The position numbers and the translations under genes are program-made. A stretch of 64,000 bases of DNA from Streptosporangiaceae bacterium (GTDB lineage: Bacteria > Actinomycetota > Actinomycetes > Streptosporangiales > Streptosporangiaceae), in NCBI GenBank assembly GCA_035507615.1, contig DATJNX010000078.1, positions 31,244-95,243 on the forward strand. The letters run 5' to 3'. Positions within the stretch are counted from its first letter, which is position 1. Each line of letters opens with the position of its first letter. Shown piece by piece: positions 10,479-19,749 of this stretch. The notes under the pieces were generated by a model. The model had not been told where the DNA came from and did no database searches. It saw nothing but the letters and a program-made list of their open reading frames with translations.

Positions 10479-11936
10479 GTGACGCTGCTGGACCGATCCG
10501 TCTGGATGGGCAAGGCATTCTCATCCGGCTGGTGTGAGCCGGGCGGTGGCGAGGCGGCGGTCATCGAGCCAGCCACCGGCAATGAACTAGCGCGCGTCGG
10601 AATCGCGTCGGCTACGGACATCGCTACCGCGACTGCCAGCGCCGCCGCGGCACAGCCCGCCTGGGCAGCGCTGCCGTATACCCAGCGCGCTGCGGTCCTG
10701 CGCAAGGCCGGAGAGATCTGGCTGGCACACGCCGCCGAGATCGAGGACTGGAGCGTTCGGGAGGGCGGCAAGATCCCGCCAGCCGCTCAGTTCGAGACCC
10801 ATGTGGCGACCGAGGAGATCTTCGAAGCGGCCACGCTGCCATCCCGGCCGTACGGCGAACTGCTGCCGAGCGAGCAACCGCACCTGAGCTTCGCTGAGCG
10901 GGTGCCGGTCGGCGTCGTCGGCGTGATCTCTCCCTTCAACTTCCCCCAGATCCTCGCCATCCGGTCGGTGGCGCCCGCGCTCGCACTCGGCAATGCCGTC
11001 GTGCTCAAGCCCGACCCGCGTACCGCGGTGTGCGGCGGAGTGGTGCTAGCGCGCGTGTTCGAGGAGGCTGGCCTGCCTGACGGCCTGTTGCACGTGCTTC
11101 CTGGCGGCCCGGACGTCGGCGAGGCGCTCATCACCGATCGCAGGACAGGCGTCATCTCCTTCACCGGATCGACGGCGGCAGGCCGGCGCGTCGGCGCCCT
11201 GGCTGGCGAGCACCTCAAGCGCGTGCACCTGGAACTCGGCGGCAACTCCGCCCTGATCGTGCTCGCCGATGCCGACCTCGACAAGGCCGCGTCCGCCGGT
11301 GCGTGGGGCTCATTCCTGCATCAGGGCCAGATCTGCATGACAGCGGGCCGCCACCTGGTGCACGAGTCCGTATACGACGACTACGTCGCCCGGCTCGCCG
11401 CTAAGGCCAGTCACTTGCCGGTCGGTGACCCGGCATCCGGACAAGTCGCCATCGGCCCGATCATCGACGAGCGGCAGCGGGACAAGGTGCACAGCCTGGT
11501 CACCGACAGCGTCCAGGCAGGGGCCACGCTCGCCGCGGGCGGTCAGTACGAAGGCCTGTTCTACCGGCCCACCGTGCTGAGCAACGTGGCGCCGGCCATG
11601 CCCGCGTACGCGAACGAGGTATTCGGGCCGGTCGCGCCTGTCATCCGCTTCAGCACCGCAGATGAGGTAGCGAAGCTTGCCGCGGACTCTGAGTACGGGC
11701 TGTCGCTCGGCATCCTGACCCGGGACGTCATGCGGGGCCTCGAACTCGCACGGCAGATCCCGACCGGGATCGTCCACATCAACGATCAGACCGTCGACGA
11801 CTCGCCGAACACCCCGTTCGGCGGCATCCGCGCGTCCGGTACCGGCGCCCGGTTCGGCGGCACCGCCAACCTCGACGCCTTCACCGACACGCGCTGGGTG
11901 ACCATCCGAGGTGACATCGCGCCTTACCCGTTCTGA
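10479..11936 (+). CDS. NAD(P)+-dependent aldehyde dehydrogenase (benzaldehyde/4-hydroxybenzaldehyde/vanillin dehydrogenase-like)
   Basis: ALDH motifs ELGGNS, FLHQGQICMTAGR (catalytic Cys) and FTGSTAAGR. GAGGAGG RBS before GTG 10479. Confidence 0.88.
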   Translation: MTLLDRSVWMGKAFSSGWCEPGGGEAAVIEPATGNELARVGIASATDIATATASAAAAQPAWAALPYTQRAAVLRKAGEIWLAHAAEIEDWSVREGGKIPPAAQFETHVATEEIFEAATLPSRPYGELLPSEQPHLSFAERVPVGVVGVISPFNFPQILAIRSVAPALALGNAVVLKPDPRTAVCGGVVLARVFEEAGLPDGLLHVLPGGPDVGEALITDRRTGVISFTGSTAAGRRVGALAGEHLKRVHLELGGNSALIVLADADLDKAASAGAWGSFLHQGQICMTAGRHLVHESVYDDYVARLAAKASHLPVGDPASGQVAIGPIIDERQRDKVHSLVTDSVQAGATLAAGGQYEGLFYRPTVLSNVAPAMPAYANEVFGPVAPVIRFSTADEVAKLAADSEYGLSLGILTRDVMRGLELARQIPTGIVHINDQTVDDSPNTPFGGIRASGTGARFGGTANLDAFTDTRWVTIRGDIAPYPF

Positions 11937-11962
11937 TCGGCCTGCCGCGACAATATGAGAAC

Positions 11963-13159
11963 ATGCGAACTCGCACGCAGGTAGGCATAGTCGGCGCCGG
12001 TCCGGCAGGCCTGCTGTTGTCGCACCTGCTCGCGCTCCGCGGCATCGACTCTGTACTCGTCGAGGTTCGCAGCCGGGCCTACTGCGAGGCGCGGCAGCGG
12101 GCGGGCGTACTGGAGGATGGCAGCGTCGTACTCCTGCGCGACGCCGGGCTCGCTGCCCGGCTGGACCGCCAGGGTATCCAGCACGGCGGCATCTACCTGC
12201 AGTTCGACGGCGAACGCCACCACATCGACTTCCGCGCGCTGACCGGCCGGAAAGTCACCGTGTACGCGCAGACCGAAGTGGTCAAAGACCTGATCGCGCG
12301 CAGGCTCGCCGACGACGGCAACGACGCGATCGAGTTCAACGTCACCAGCACCGAGGTCTCCCGCCTCGACACCGAGAAGCCGAGGCTCAGCTACACCGAC
12401 GCCAGCGGTGTCCGGCACGAGGTCGACTGCGACGCCATCGCCGGCTGCGACGGGTTCCACGGCATCTGCCGGCCCGCGATCCCGGCTGGCATGCTGACCA
12501 CCTGGCAGCGCGACTATCCGTACGCCTGGCTCGGCATCCTCGCTGACGTGCCGCCGTCCACGGACGAACTGATCTACAGCCACCACCGGAACGGTTTCGC
12601 GCTGCATAGCCTGCGCAGCCCGTCCGTCAGCCGCCTCTACCTCCAGGTCTCACCGGAAGAGGACATCGCGAACTGGCCGGACGATCGCATCTGGGCTGAG
12701 CTCAGCCGCCGGTTCGAGCTACCGGGCTGGACCCTGGACAGCGGCCCGGTGCTGGACAAAGGCATCACGCCCATGCGCAGCTTCGTCAGCGCGCCGATGC
12801 GGTACGGCCGCTTGTTCCTGGCCGGCGACGCCGCGCACATCGTGCCGCCTACTGGCGCGAAGGGCCTCAACCTCGCGCTCGCCGACGTAGCCGTGCTCGC
12901 ACCGGCCCTGGACGCGTTGCTGCACGGCGACAACAAACCCGCCAGCGCGTACTCGGCCACCTGCCTCAACCGGGTCTGGCGGTCCACGCACTTCTCCTGG
13001 TGGATGACGACGATGCTGCACCGTACGCCGGGAGCCGATGAGATGGAGGCGCAACTCCAGCTCTCCCAGCTGCGCTACGTGGTTAGCTCGAAGGCCGCCG
13101 CCACGTCACTAGCCGAGAACTACACCGGCTTCGCGGCTCTGCCGCCCCCAGCCGGATAA
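11963..13159 (+). CDS. pobA: 4-hydroxybenzoate 3-monooxygenase
   Basis: The N-terminus TQVGIVGAGPAGLLLSHLL...RAGVLE...TVYAQTEVVKDL is collinear with Pseudomonas PobA as I remember it. C-terminal LAGDAAHIVPPTGAKGLNLA is also present. Confidence 0.92.
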   Translation: MRTRTQVGIVGAGPAGLLLSHLLALRGIDSVLVEVRSRAYCEARQRAGVLEDGSVVLLRDAGLAARLDRQGIQHGGIYLQFDGERHHIDFRALTGRKVTVYAQTEVVKDLIARRLADDGNDAIEFNVTSTEVSRLDTEKPRLSYTDASGVRHEVDCDAIAGCDGFHGICRPAIPAGMLTTWQRDYPYAWLGILADVPPSTDELIYSHHRNGFALHSLRSPSVSRLYLQVSPEEDIANWPDDRIWAELSRRFELPGWTLDSGPVLDKGITPMRSFVSAPMRYGRLFLAGDAAHIVPPTGAKGLNLALADVAVLAPALDALLHGDNKPASAYSATCLNRVWRSTHFSWWMTTMLHRTPGADEMEAQLQLSQLRYVVSSKAAATSLAENYTGFAALPPPAG

Positions 13160-13187
13160 GCCGACCAGAAAGAGGAAGCTGACTTTC

Positions 13188-14306
13188 ATGCGTACCACGC
13201 CGCCGTTCCGCGCCGACCACGTCGGCAGCCTGCTCCGCCCGACACAGCTCCTGGCCGCGCGCGACGACTTCGCAGCCGGCCGGATCGAGGCTGCCCACCT
13301 GCGCGCCGTCGAAGACGCGGCCATCGCGGACGTGGTCACCATGCAGTCCGACGTCGGCCTGCAGTCGGCCACCGACGGCGAGTTCCGGCGCGCCTCCTGG
13401 CACATGGACTTCATCTACCAGCTCGGCGGGATCAGCAAGGCACCAGGCAACCTGGCCGTTCACTTCCGCAACGCTGACGGCGAGATCGAGTTCACCCCGG
13501 CCGCCCTGCACGTCGGCAGCAAGATCCACCTGAGCCGGACGATCTTCGAGGACGATTTCCGGTACCTGAACTCCGTGGTCAGCGGCGTCACCCCCAAGCT
13601 CACCATTCCGTCGCCGAACATGGTGCACTACCGCGGCGGCCCGGCCTCGGTCGATCACGCCGTCTACCCGGACATGGAGCAGTTCTGGGCCGATCTGTCC
13701 GCCGCCTACGCTGACGAGGTGCAGCGCCTTGCCGCGCTTGGCTGCACTTACCTTCAGCTGGACGACACCAGCCTGGCCTACCTCAATGACCCGGCCCAGC
13801 GAGCCGAGATCGCCGGGCGCGGCGAAGACGCCGAGCACTTGCACCTGCGTTACATCAAGCAGGTCAACGACGCGATCGCGGGCCGGCCCGCGGAGATGAA
13901 GGTCACCACGCACATGTGCCGCGGCAACTTCCGGTCGTCGTGGGCCGCCGAAGGCGGTTACGACTTCGTCGCCGAGTCCCTGTTCAGCGAACTCAACGTG
14001 GACGGGTTCTTCCTCGAGTACGACGACGAGCGATCCGGCGGGTTCGAGCCGCTGCGGTTCGTGCCGAAGGGCAAGATGGTCGTCCTTGGCCTGGTCACCA
14101 CCAAGCACGGCGCGCTGGAGAGCCCGGACGCGCTCAAGCGCCGGATCGACGAGGCTGCCCGGTTCGTTCCGCTCGACCAGCTGTGCCTGTCACCGCAGTG
14201 CGGCTTCTCGTCCACCGTCGAGGGCAACCTTCTTACTCAGCAAGAACAGCGCGCCAAGCTGCGCCTCGTCGTGCAGACCGCGCACGAGGTCTGGGGCGAG
14301 GGCTAA
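13188..14306 (+). CDS. Cobalamin-independent methionine synthase (MetE C-terminal domain)-like zinc methyltransferase family protein
   Basis: Typical N-terminus MRTTPPFRADHVGSLLRP. Putative Zn ligands are present (THMCRGN, FLEYDDE, SPQCGF). GAGGAAG RBS upstream. Confidence 0.8.
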   Translation: MRTTPPFRADHVGSLLRPTQLLAARDDFAAGRIEAAHLRAVEDAAIADVVTMQSDVGLQSATDGEFRRASWHMDFIYQLGGISKAPGNLAVHFRNADGEIEFTPAALHVGSKIHLSRTIFEDDFRYLNSVVSGVTPKLTIPSPNMVHYRGGPASVDHAVYPDMEQFWADLSAAYADEVQRLAALGCTYLQLDDTSLAYLNDPAQRAEIAGRGEDAEHLHLRYIKQVNDAIAGRPAEMKVTTHMCRGNFRSSWAAEGGYDFVAESLFSELNVDGFFLEYDDERSGGFEPLRFVPKGKMVVLGLVTTKHGALESPDALKRRIDEAARFVPLDQLCLSPQCGFSSTVEGNLLTQQEQRAKLRLVVQTAHEVWGEG

Positions 14307-14324
14307 CCCGAAACCTAAAGCCCG

Positions 14325-15401
14325 TCAGGCAGGAAACGAGGTACCGCGGCGCCAGCCAGTACGTCGCACGCGGTCTGCGTCCTCGCGAAGGCGCAGCCAG
14401 TAGCCCACCGGGAAGAGCCGTACGTGCAGCCGGGAGTCCACTAGCCCCCACAGTCCGCGGCGGGCGTACAGCGCGACGACGATCGCGAAAAGCCCGAAGA
14501 TGATCAAGTACCAGGCATTGTAGGAGGCCAGCGTCTGCTGCAAGACGATGTAGACGATCGTGCCGATGATCGGTCCCTCGATCGTGCCAAGGCCGCCGAT
14601 GATCGCCGCGAACGCCATCTCCGCGGTCCACTGCACGCTGAACACGTCGCTCGGCTGCACCTGAAGCTGACTTATTGCCAGCAGCGCGCCAGCGGCGCCG
14701 CAGCCGACGCCTGCCACCACGAAGACCAGCAGTCGCGCCAGGCCGACTCGGGCGCCGCTGCTGCGCGCTGCTACCTCGTCGTCGCGAATCGCGGTCAGCA
14801 CAAGCCCCAGCCGACCGCGCAGCAGCAGGTACATGCCGGCCAGGGCGACCACCGTGACGGCCAGCCCGATCCAGTAGGTGTACGCGGTAAGGACGTTCGG
14901 ACTCAGCCCGGCCAGGCCGGGCATCGGCAGACCGGTCCCGCTGCCGAGTGCGGAGAACCGCGTGATGAACAGCATGATGGTCGCCGCCAGCACCCAGGTG
15001 GCAATGGAGAAATACCCGCTGCGCAGGCGTGACACCAGCCACCACAGCGGCAGCGCCGCCACACCACAGGCGATCGCTGCTACCGGCAACGCGGCGAACG
15101 GCGAGGTCCCGTGCAGCGCGAGTATCAGCACGAAGTACGCGCCGAGGCCGACGAACGCTTGCTGTCCCACCGACACCAGTCCCGCATAACCGGCCAGCAG
15201 GTTCCACATGCTCGCCAGCGTGAGGACGATGAAGCCCTGAACCATGATGGTCGTCGTCCCCGGGTACACGATGAACGGGAAGAGGGCGAGCACGACCACG
15301 ACGACCAGCGCGCCGATCCCGGTCCAGGCGACGTTCCGCTGGGACCGGGTTACCCGGAAGCTCCCCGCCGGGCGAGGGCCGGCTTTGGTCACCACGCTCA
15401 C
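14325..15401 (-). CDS. ABC transporter permease, LivM (HAAT) family
   Basis: 358 aa, polytopic, in an operon with LivH/F/G-like genes. Overlaps the upstream gene end (15398-15401). Confidence 0.85.
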   Translation of the reverse strand: MSVVTKAGPRPAGSFRVTRSQRNVAWTGIGALVVVVVLALFPFIVYPGTTTIMVQGFIVLTLASMWNLLAGYAGLVSVGQQAFVGLGAYFVLILALHGTSPFAALPVAAIACGVAALPLWWLVSRLRSGYFSIATWVLAATIMLFITRFSALGSGTGLPMPGLAGLSPNVLTAYTYWIGLAVTVVALAGMYLLLRGRLGLVLTAIRDDEVAARSSGARVGLARLLVFVVAGVGCGAAGALLAISQLQVQPSDVFSVQWTAEMAFAAIIGGLGTIEGPIIGTIVYIVLQQTLASYNAWYLIIFGLFAIVVALYARRGLWGLVDSRLHVRLFPVGYWLRLREDADRVRRTGWRRGTSFPA

Positions 15402-16273
15402 GACTGTGCCCTCCGGGAGACGAGGCCCTGGGGTCGCAGCACAAGCACCAGCAGGAAGACCAGGTAGCCCGCAAGCAACTCATCGGAGATGTTGATCTGA
15501 GCGCCGATCTGCTGAGCAACGCCCAGCACGATGCCGCCGAGCAGAGTGCCCCACAGCGAGCCGAGGCCGCCGATCACCACCGCCACGAACGCGAACAGCA
15601 GGATCGTGTCGGTGCCTGCCGTCGGGTCGAGGTCGGAATACATGCCGTAGCCGATACCGGCAAGCGCCACTGTGCCCAGCGCCAGCGCCGCGGCGATTCC
15701 GAATACGTGCCGGTAGTCGGCCCCGGCAAGCTGCACGGCCTCCTGGTCGTCGGCGGTCGCCCGGATCAGCCGGCCGTAAGAAGACCTCGACAGGAACCAC
15801 TGGAGCCCGAGCAGGACTGCGACTGCGACGGCGAAGATCAGCACCAGCAGGTAAGCGATCTGAATCTGCGAGCCGAGGCTGAAGGACCCGGTAACCAGCG
15901 CCATGCTGGCGCCGATCCCGCGACTGTTCGCGGTGAAGAACTGGAGCAGTCCGTTCTCGATCACCACGGACAGGCCGAGTGTCACGATCAGCGTGGTGAG
16001 CACGCCGCGGTCGAGTGCGCTTTGGATCAGCGTCCGCTGCAGCGCATAGCCGAGCACTGCCATCACCGGCACCACGATGACAAACGACCAGAGAACGGGG
16101 ATGTGGGTCACCGTGATAACGCCAATGGCAACGTATCCGCCGACGACCGCCAGGTCGCCGTGCGCCAGGTTCACAACCTTCATCACGCCGAACATGAGCG
16201 ACAGGCCGCAGGCAAACAACGCGTACAGCCCGCCGGTTAGCACCCCCTGAATGATGGCGTTCAGCCAGGCCAT
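15398..16273 (-). CDS. ABC transporter permease, LivH (HAAT) family
   Basis: 291 aa. Typical N-terminus MAWLNAIIQGVLTGGLYALFACGLSLMFGVMKVVNLAHGD. Confidence 0.88.
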   Translation of the reverse strand: MAWLNAIIQGVLTGGLYALFACGLSLMFGVMKVVNLAHGDLAVVGGYVAIGVITVTHIPVLWSFVIVVPVMAVLGYALQRTLIQSALDRGVLTTLIVTLGLSVVIENGLLQFFTANSRGIGASMALVTGSFSLGSQIQIAYLLVLIFAVAVAVLLGLQWFLSRSSYGRLIRATADDQEAVQLAGADYRHVFGIAAALALGTVALAGIGYGMYSDLDPTAGTDTILLFAFVAVVIGGLGSLWGTLLGGIVLGVAQQIGAQINISDELLAGYLVFLLVLVLRPQGLVSRRAQS

Positions 16274-17109
16274 TAGGGCTCACTCCCTCCGCCAGGCAGG
16301 CGGGCAGTGCCGGCCAGCCCGAAGTAGGCCGCCTCAACTTGCTCTGCGGTCACGTCGGCGGGCCTGCCCTCCAGCGTGGTCCGGCCTTCCAGCAGGCAAT
16401 GGATGTGCGACGCGACCCGCAGGGCCTGGCTGACGTCCTGCTCGACCAGCAGCACGGTGAGCCCGGTGGCCAGGATCTGCGGCAGCATTGCGTAGATGCG
16501 CTGGACGATTACCGGCGCCAGGCCGAGCGAGAGCTCATCGAGCAGCAGCACTCGCGGGTTGGCGACCAGGGCCCGCCCGATGGCGACCGTTTGCTGCTCG
16601 CCGCCAGAAAGCTGGGCCGCCCGCTGATTGCGCCGCCCTCGCATCCACTCGAATGTCTCGTAAACCCGATCGATAGTCCACGGGCCGGGGCGCGCGTACG
16701 TCTTCCCGACCTGAAGGTTCTCCTCGACCGATAGCGACCCGAATAGCCGCCTGCCCTCCGGCACCATGACGATCCCCTGCCGGGCCCGGCGCTCTGGCCG
16801 CAGCGTCGTCATGTCGGTACCGTCGAAGCGCACCCATCCGGTCGTCGGCTGGTGCAGGCCGGCGATCGTGCGCAGCAGCGTCGACTTGCCTGCGCCGTTC
16901 GCGCCGATGATGGCGTAGACCTCACCCGGATAAACCCGCAGCGAGATCGCGTCGAGTGCGCACAGCTGTCCGTGATGGACAGTCAGGTCGGTGACCTCGA
17001 GCAGCGGCGTGCCGTTCTCCGGCCGCCCGCCGTTTGCCGCACCACCGTTTGCCGCACCACCGTTTGCCGTACCACCGTTTGCCGCACCGCCGTGCGCAGC
17101 TTCGGTCAC
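16273..17109 (-). CDS. ABC transporter ATP-binding protein, LivF-like, with N-terminal pentapeptide-repeat extension
   Basis: Walker A GANGAGKST, signature LSGGEQQ, Walker B LLLDE. N-terminal GGAANGGTANGGAANGGAANGG. Confidence 0.88.
   Translation of the reverse strand: MTEAAHGGAANGGTANGGAANGGAANGGRPENGTPLLEVTDLTVHHGQLCALDAISLRVYPGEVYAIIGANGAGKSTLLRTIAGLHQPTTGWVRFDGTDMTTLRPERRARQGIVMVPEGRRLFGSLSVEENLQVGKTYARPGPWTIDRVYETFEWMRGRRNQRAAQLSGGEQQTVAIGRALVANPRVLLLDELSLGLAPVIVQRIYAMLPQILATGLTVLLVEQDVSQALRVASHIHCLLEGRTTLEGRPADVTAEQVEAAYFGLAGTARLPGGGSEP
17030..17089 (-). repeat. 15-bp in-frame tandem repeat x4 (GGAAN/GGTAN pentapeptides) in the LivF-like N-terminus
   Basis: ccgtttgccgcacca x2, ccgtttgccgtacca, ccgtttgccgcaccg on the + strand. 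Confidence 0.9.
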
Positions 17110-17897
17110 AGCTCGCTCCGGTCGCCGTCAGCGGGCGCGGCGGTCATCGACCCGCCCGCCAGCGCGGCGGTGACGTCGGTGCCGAGGAAGACCTCGCGGA
17201 CCGCTGGTTCGGCTAGCACGGCGGACGGCTCACCGTCGCCGACGAACTTCCCGCCTGCCAGGCAAGTCAGCCGGCTCACCAGCGCGGTGAGCGCGCGTAC
17301 CACGTGCTCGATCCAGATCACCGTGATACCAGCCGCGTTGACATCGCGGACGATCTCGACGAGCTGCGCGACCTCCGGATCGGTCAGCCCGCCTGCGACC
17401 TCGTCCAGCAGCAACAGCTTGGGCTGCGTCGCCAGGGCGCGGGCGAGCTCCAGCCGCTTGCGCTGCAGCAGGCCCAGCCGGTCGGCAGGCACGTTCGCGT
17501 GGTCGGACATGCCGCTACGATCTAGCGCGTCAACCGCCGCCGCATAACTCGCCCGGCGCCGCAGCCCGCCGCCCTGCTGCGCGGCGACCAGCAGGTTCTC
17601 GAACACCGTCATGTCACCGAACGGCCGCGGCACCTGGTAGGTCCGGCCGATACCCATCCGGCACCGCGCTGCCGCGTCCAGCCTGGTGACCGTCCGCCCG
17701 GCGAAACGGATCGTGCCCGCACCCGGCGCCAGGTCACCGGAGATGAGGCCGAACAGGCTGGTCTTGCCAGCACCGTTCGGCCCCACGATCCCGACTAGGT
17801 CGCCCGCGCCAACCGAAAACGACAGGTCCTCAGCGATCACGACCTGCCCGAACCGCTTCGTCACATGCTCGAGTGCCAGCAGGGCTTCTGTTGTCAT
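17106..17897 (-). CDS. ABC transporter ATP-binding protein, LivG-like
   Basis: Walker A GPNGAGKTS, Walker B LLLDEVAGG, plus the LivG-type C-terminal extension. Confidence 0.88.
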   Translation of the reverse strand: MTTEALLALEHVTKRFGQVVIAEDLSFSVGAGDLVGIVGPNGAGKTSLFGLISGDLAPGAGTIRFAGRTVTRLDAAARCRMGIGRTYQVPRPFGDMTVFENLLVAAQQGGGLRRRASYAAAVDALDRSGMSDHANVPADRLGLLQRKRLELARALATQPKLLLLDEVAGGLTDPEVAQLVEIVRDVNAAGITVIWIEHVVRALTALVSRLTCLAGGKFVGDGEPSAVLAEPAVREVFLGTDVTAALAGGSMTAAPADGDRSEL

Positions 17898-17901
17898 GCG
17901 G

Positions 17902-19269
17902 TCACGAGTTGGTCGGCAGCAGGTCGGCCGTGATCTTCGCCTGCGGTAGCAGCGTATTGTCGACGACCTGCATCTCCAGCGGGTACTTGGTGCCCTTCTG
18001 CCATTGCACCCCGGCCGGCGGAGTGATCGCTACGCCGGGCGCCGGCCCGCCGGACTTGAAGTTGAGCGGCCCGGCCAGCGCGTTGATGTTCACGTTGTGC
18101 AGGGCGTCTGCCACTTCGTTTTTGTCATGCGGGTCGCTGACCGAGGTGAGGGCCGCGTGAGCGACCTCGAACATGCTGTAGTTGCTGATGTTGGCGTTCC
18201 ACTGCGTACCGGACGCGGCCTCGTACTCGTTCGCCATCGTCTGGCAGCTCTCGCCAGTAAACGTGGATGTCCACGGCAGCGTCGGCACCCACCAGGTATC
18301 GGTGGCGACGTTGTAGACCTCGGACCCCATCGCGTACGCATCGGTCGGGAATAGCAGCACCTTTGCCACAGTGGCCAGCTTGGGCCTGAAGCCTTGCTGC
18401 AGCGACTGCTTCCACATAGCAGCGAAGTCCGGCGGCAACGGCACGTTCGTGAAGAAGTCGGCCCTGTCTGCCTTGAACTGAGAGATCATCGAGGAGTAGT
18501 TCGTTGTGCCGTCGGCGTACGGCGAGGACATGTCGAGTGTGTAACCCGCGCCGCTCACGATCGGCGGGAACACTGCGCGGAACGCGTTGCCGTCTGAGTC
18601 GTTCGGGAAGGCCGCGGCGACGATCTTGTCAGTGTGGAGCTGGTCGTGAATCCGGTTCCACATCGGGATGAAGCACTTGGCCAGGTGCTCGGCGCCCAGG
18701 AAGTACAAAATGACGTACTTGGCCTTCTCTGTGGCGTGTTGCGGGTTCCCTTTCGGGAACAGGTTCAGGTACCAGGACTCCCACGGGCAGTTCGCGCAGA
18801 TGAGCGGTGTGCCCAGGGTCTCGGCCGTGCTCGCGACGGCGTTAACGGTCTCCGGTGTCGACGACGCGAACAGGAGGTCTACGCCGTCGGTCAGGATGGC
18901 CTGGTGGGCTAGATCGCCCGCCCTGGTGTCACTGGACTGCGTGTCATAGGACTTGATGGTGACCGGGTAGGTCTTGCCGCCGATCTTGAAGCCGTTCTTG
19001 TACGGCGTAGTCTGCTTGATCTTGGAGGTCACCCAGTTATCTGCTGCGCCGAACCCGGCCAGGTCACCAGTCAGCGGGTGGATCCAGCCGATCGTGATGG
19101 CCTTTGTGCTGCTGCCTGAGCCGGAACCCTTGATGGCGGAGCTGCACGCCTCCAGCAGCCCGCCTGATCCTATGACGGCTGCGCCTGCGCCAGCAGCGCG
19201 CAGCAGGCCCCGCCGACTGATGTTTCCGGACAGAATAAGGCCGCCGGATTGCCCACTCTGATCAACCAT
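17902..19269 (-). CDS. ABC transporter periplasmic-type substrate-binding lipoprotein (Leu/Ile/Val-binding protein family, ligand unknown)
   Basis: Tat-like SRRGLLRAAGAGAA followed by lipobox LEAC. 455 aa, first gene of the transporter operon. Confidence 0.8.
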   Translation of the reverse strand: MVDQSGQSGGLILSGNISRRGLLRAAGAGAAVIGSGGLLEACSSAIKGSGSGSSTKAITIGWIHPLTGDLAGFGAADNWVTSKIKQTTPYKNGFKIGGKTYPVTIKSYDTQSSDTRAGDLAHQAILTDGVDLLFASSTPETVNAVASTAETLGTPLICANCPWESWYLNLFPKGNPQHATEKAKYVILYFLGAEHLAKCFIPMWNRIHDQLHTDKIVAAAFPNDSDGNAFRAVFPPIVSGAGYTLDMSSPYADGTTNYSSMISQFKADRADFFTNVPLPPDFAAMWKQSLQQGFRPKLATVAKVLLFPTDAYAMGSEVYNVATDTWWVPTLPWTSTFTGESCQTMANEYEAASGTQWNANISNYSMFEVAHAALTSVSDPHDKNEVADALHNVNINALAGPLNFKSGGPAPGVAITPPAGVQWQKGTKYPLEMQVVDNTLLPQAKITADLLPTNS

Positions 19270-19479
19270 CTGTCATCGATCTCCTTGTGAGGTCGTGTCG
19301 CAGAGCCGGGACGGCACCTGTGGCGAGCGCGCCGAGGCTGGTCCCGTGATCCGCCTCGGACCAGTGCTTGTTTCAACTGCATGCACTGCGGGATGGCGGC
19401 TTTAGCAGCAGTGTTCGCTTGGCGTACGGCTATTCGCAATGTAGAAACTTAATCAGCCTCGCGGATCACTGTCAACGGG

Positions 19480-19690
19480 TCATAATGGCGCGTCATATGC
19501 CGCAGTGCGCGTGCGGCGGACCGGGCACCACCATCAATATCGACGGCGATCTGTGAGCGGAGTCGCTGCCGAGAACCTAGACTCGGCCACTCACTAATGT
19601 CAACAATTTCGTCGTCTTTTTGCCTTATCCGCTTGCCCGGAGTTGAGCAACCCCGGTAGGAGAAGCTGGCATCGGAGCGGATCGTTGACA
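19480..19690. promoter_or_regulatory. Three copies of heptamer TGTCAAC/GTTGACA in the divergent intergenic region (candidate operator half-sites)
   Basis: TGTCAAC at 19480-19486 and 19598-19604. The reverse complement GTTGACA is at 19684-19690. Confidence 0.3.
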
Positions 19691-19714
19691 ATATCGCTCG
19701 CATTTCGTTAGCCT
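19685..19714 (+). promoter_or_regulatory. Candidate sigma70-type promoter for the gal-like operon (TTGACA, 18 nt spacer, TAGCCT)
   Basis: TTGACA at 19685-19690 and TAGCCT (TAnnnT) at 19709-19714, about 36 nt upstream of ATG 19750. Confidence 0.3.
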
Positions 19715-19749
19715 TTCGGCCGAGGCCGACCCTGCCGGGAAGGGAACAG

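Noticed and set aside
13083-14108. 341-aa ORF on the - strand.
   Set aside because: It is antisense to the MetE-like gene, which has clear family motifs. The antisense translation has no recognisable features.
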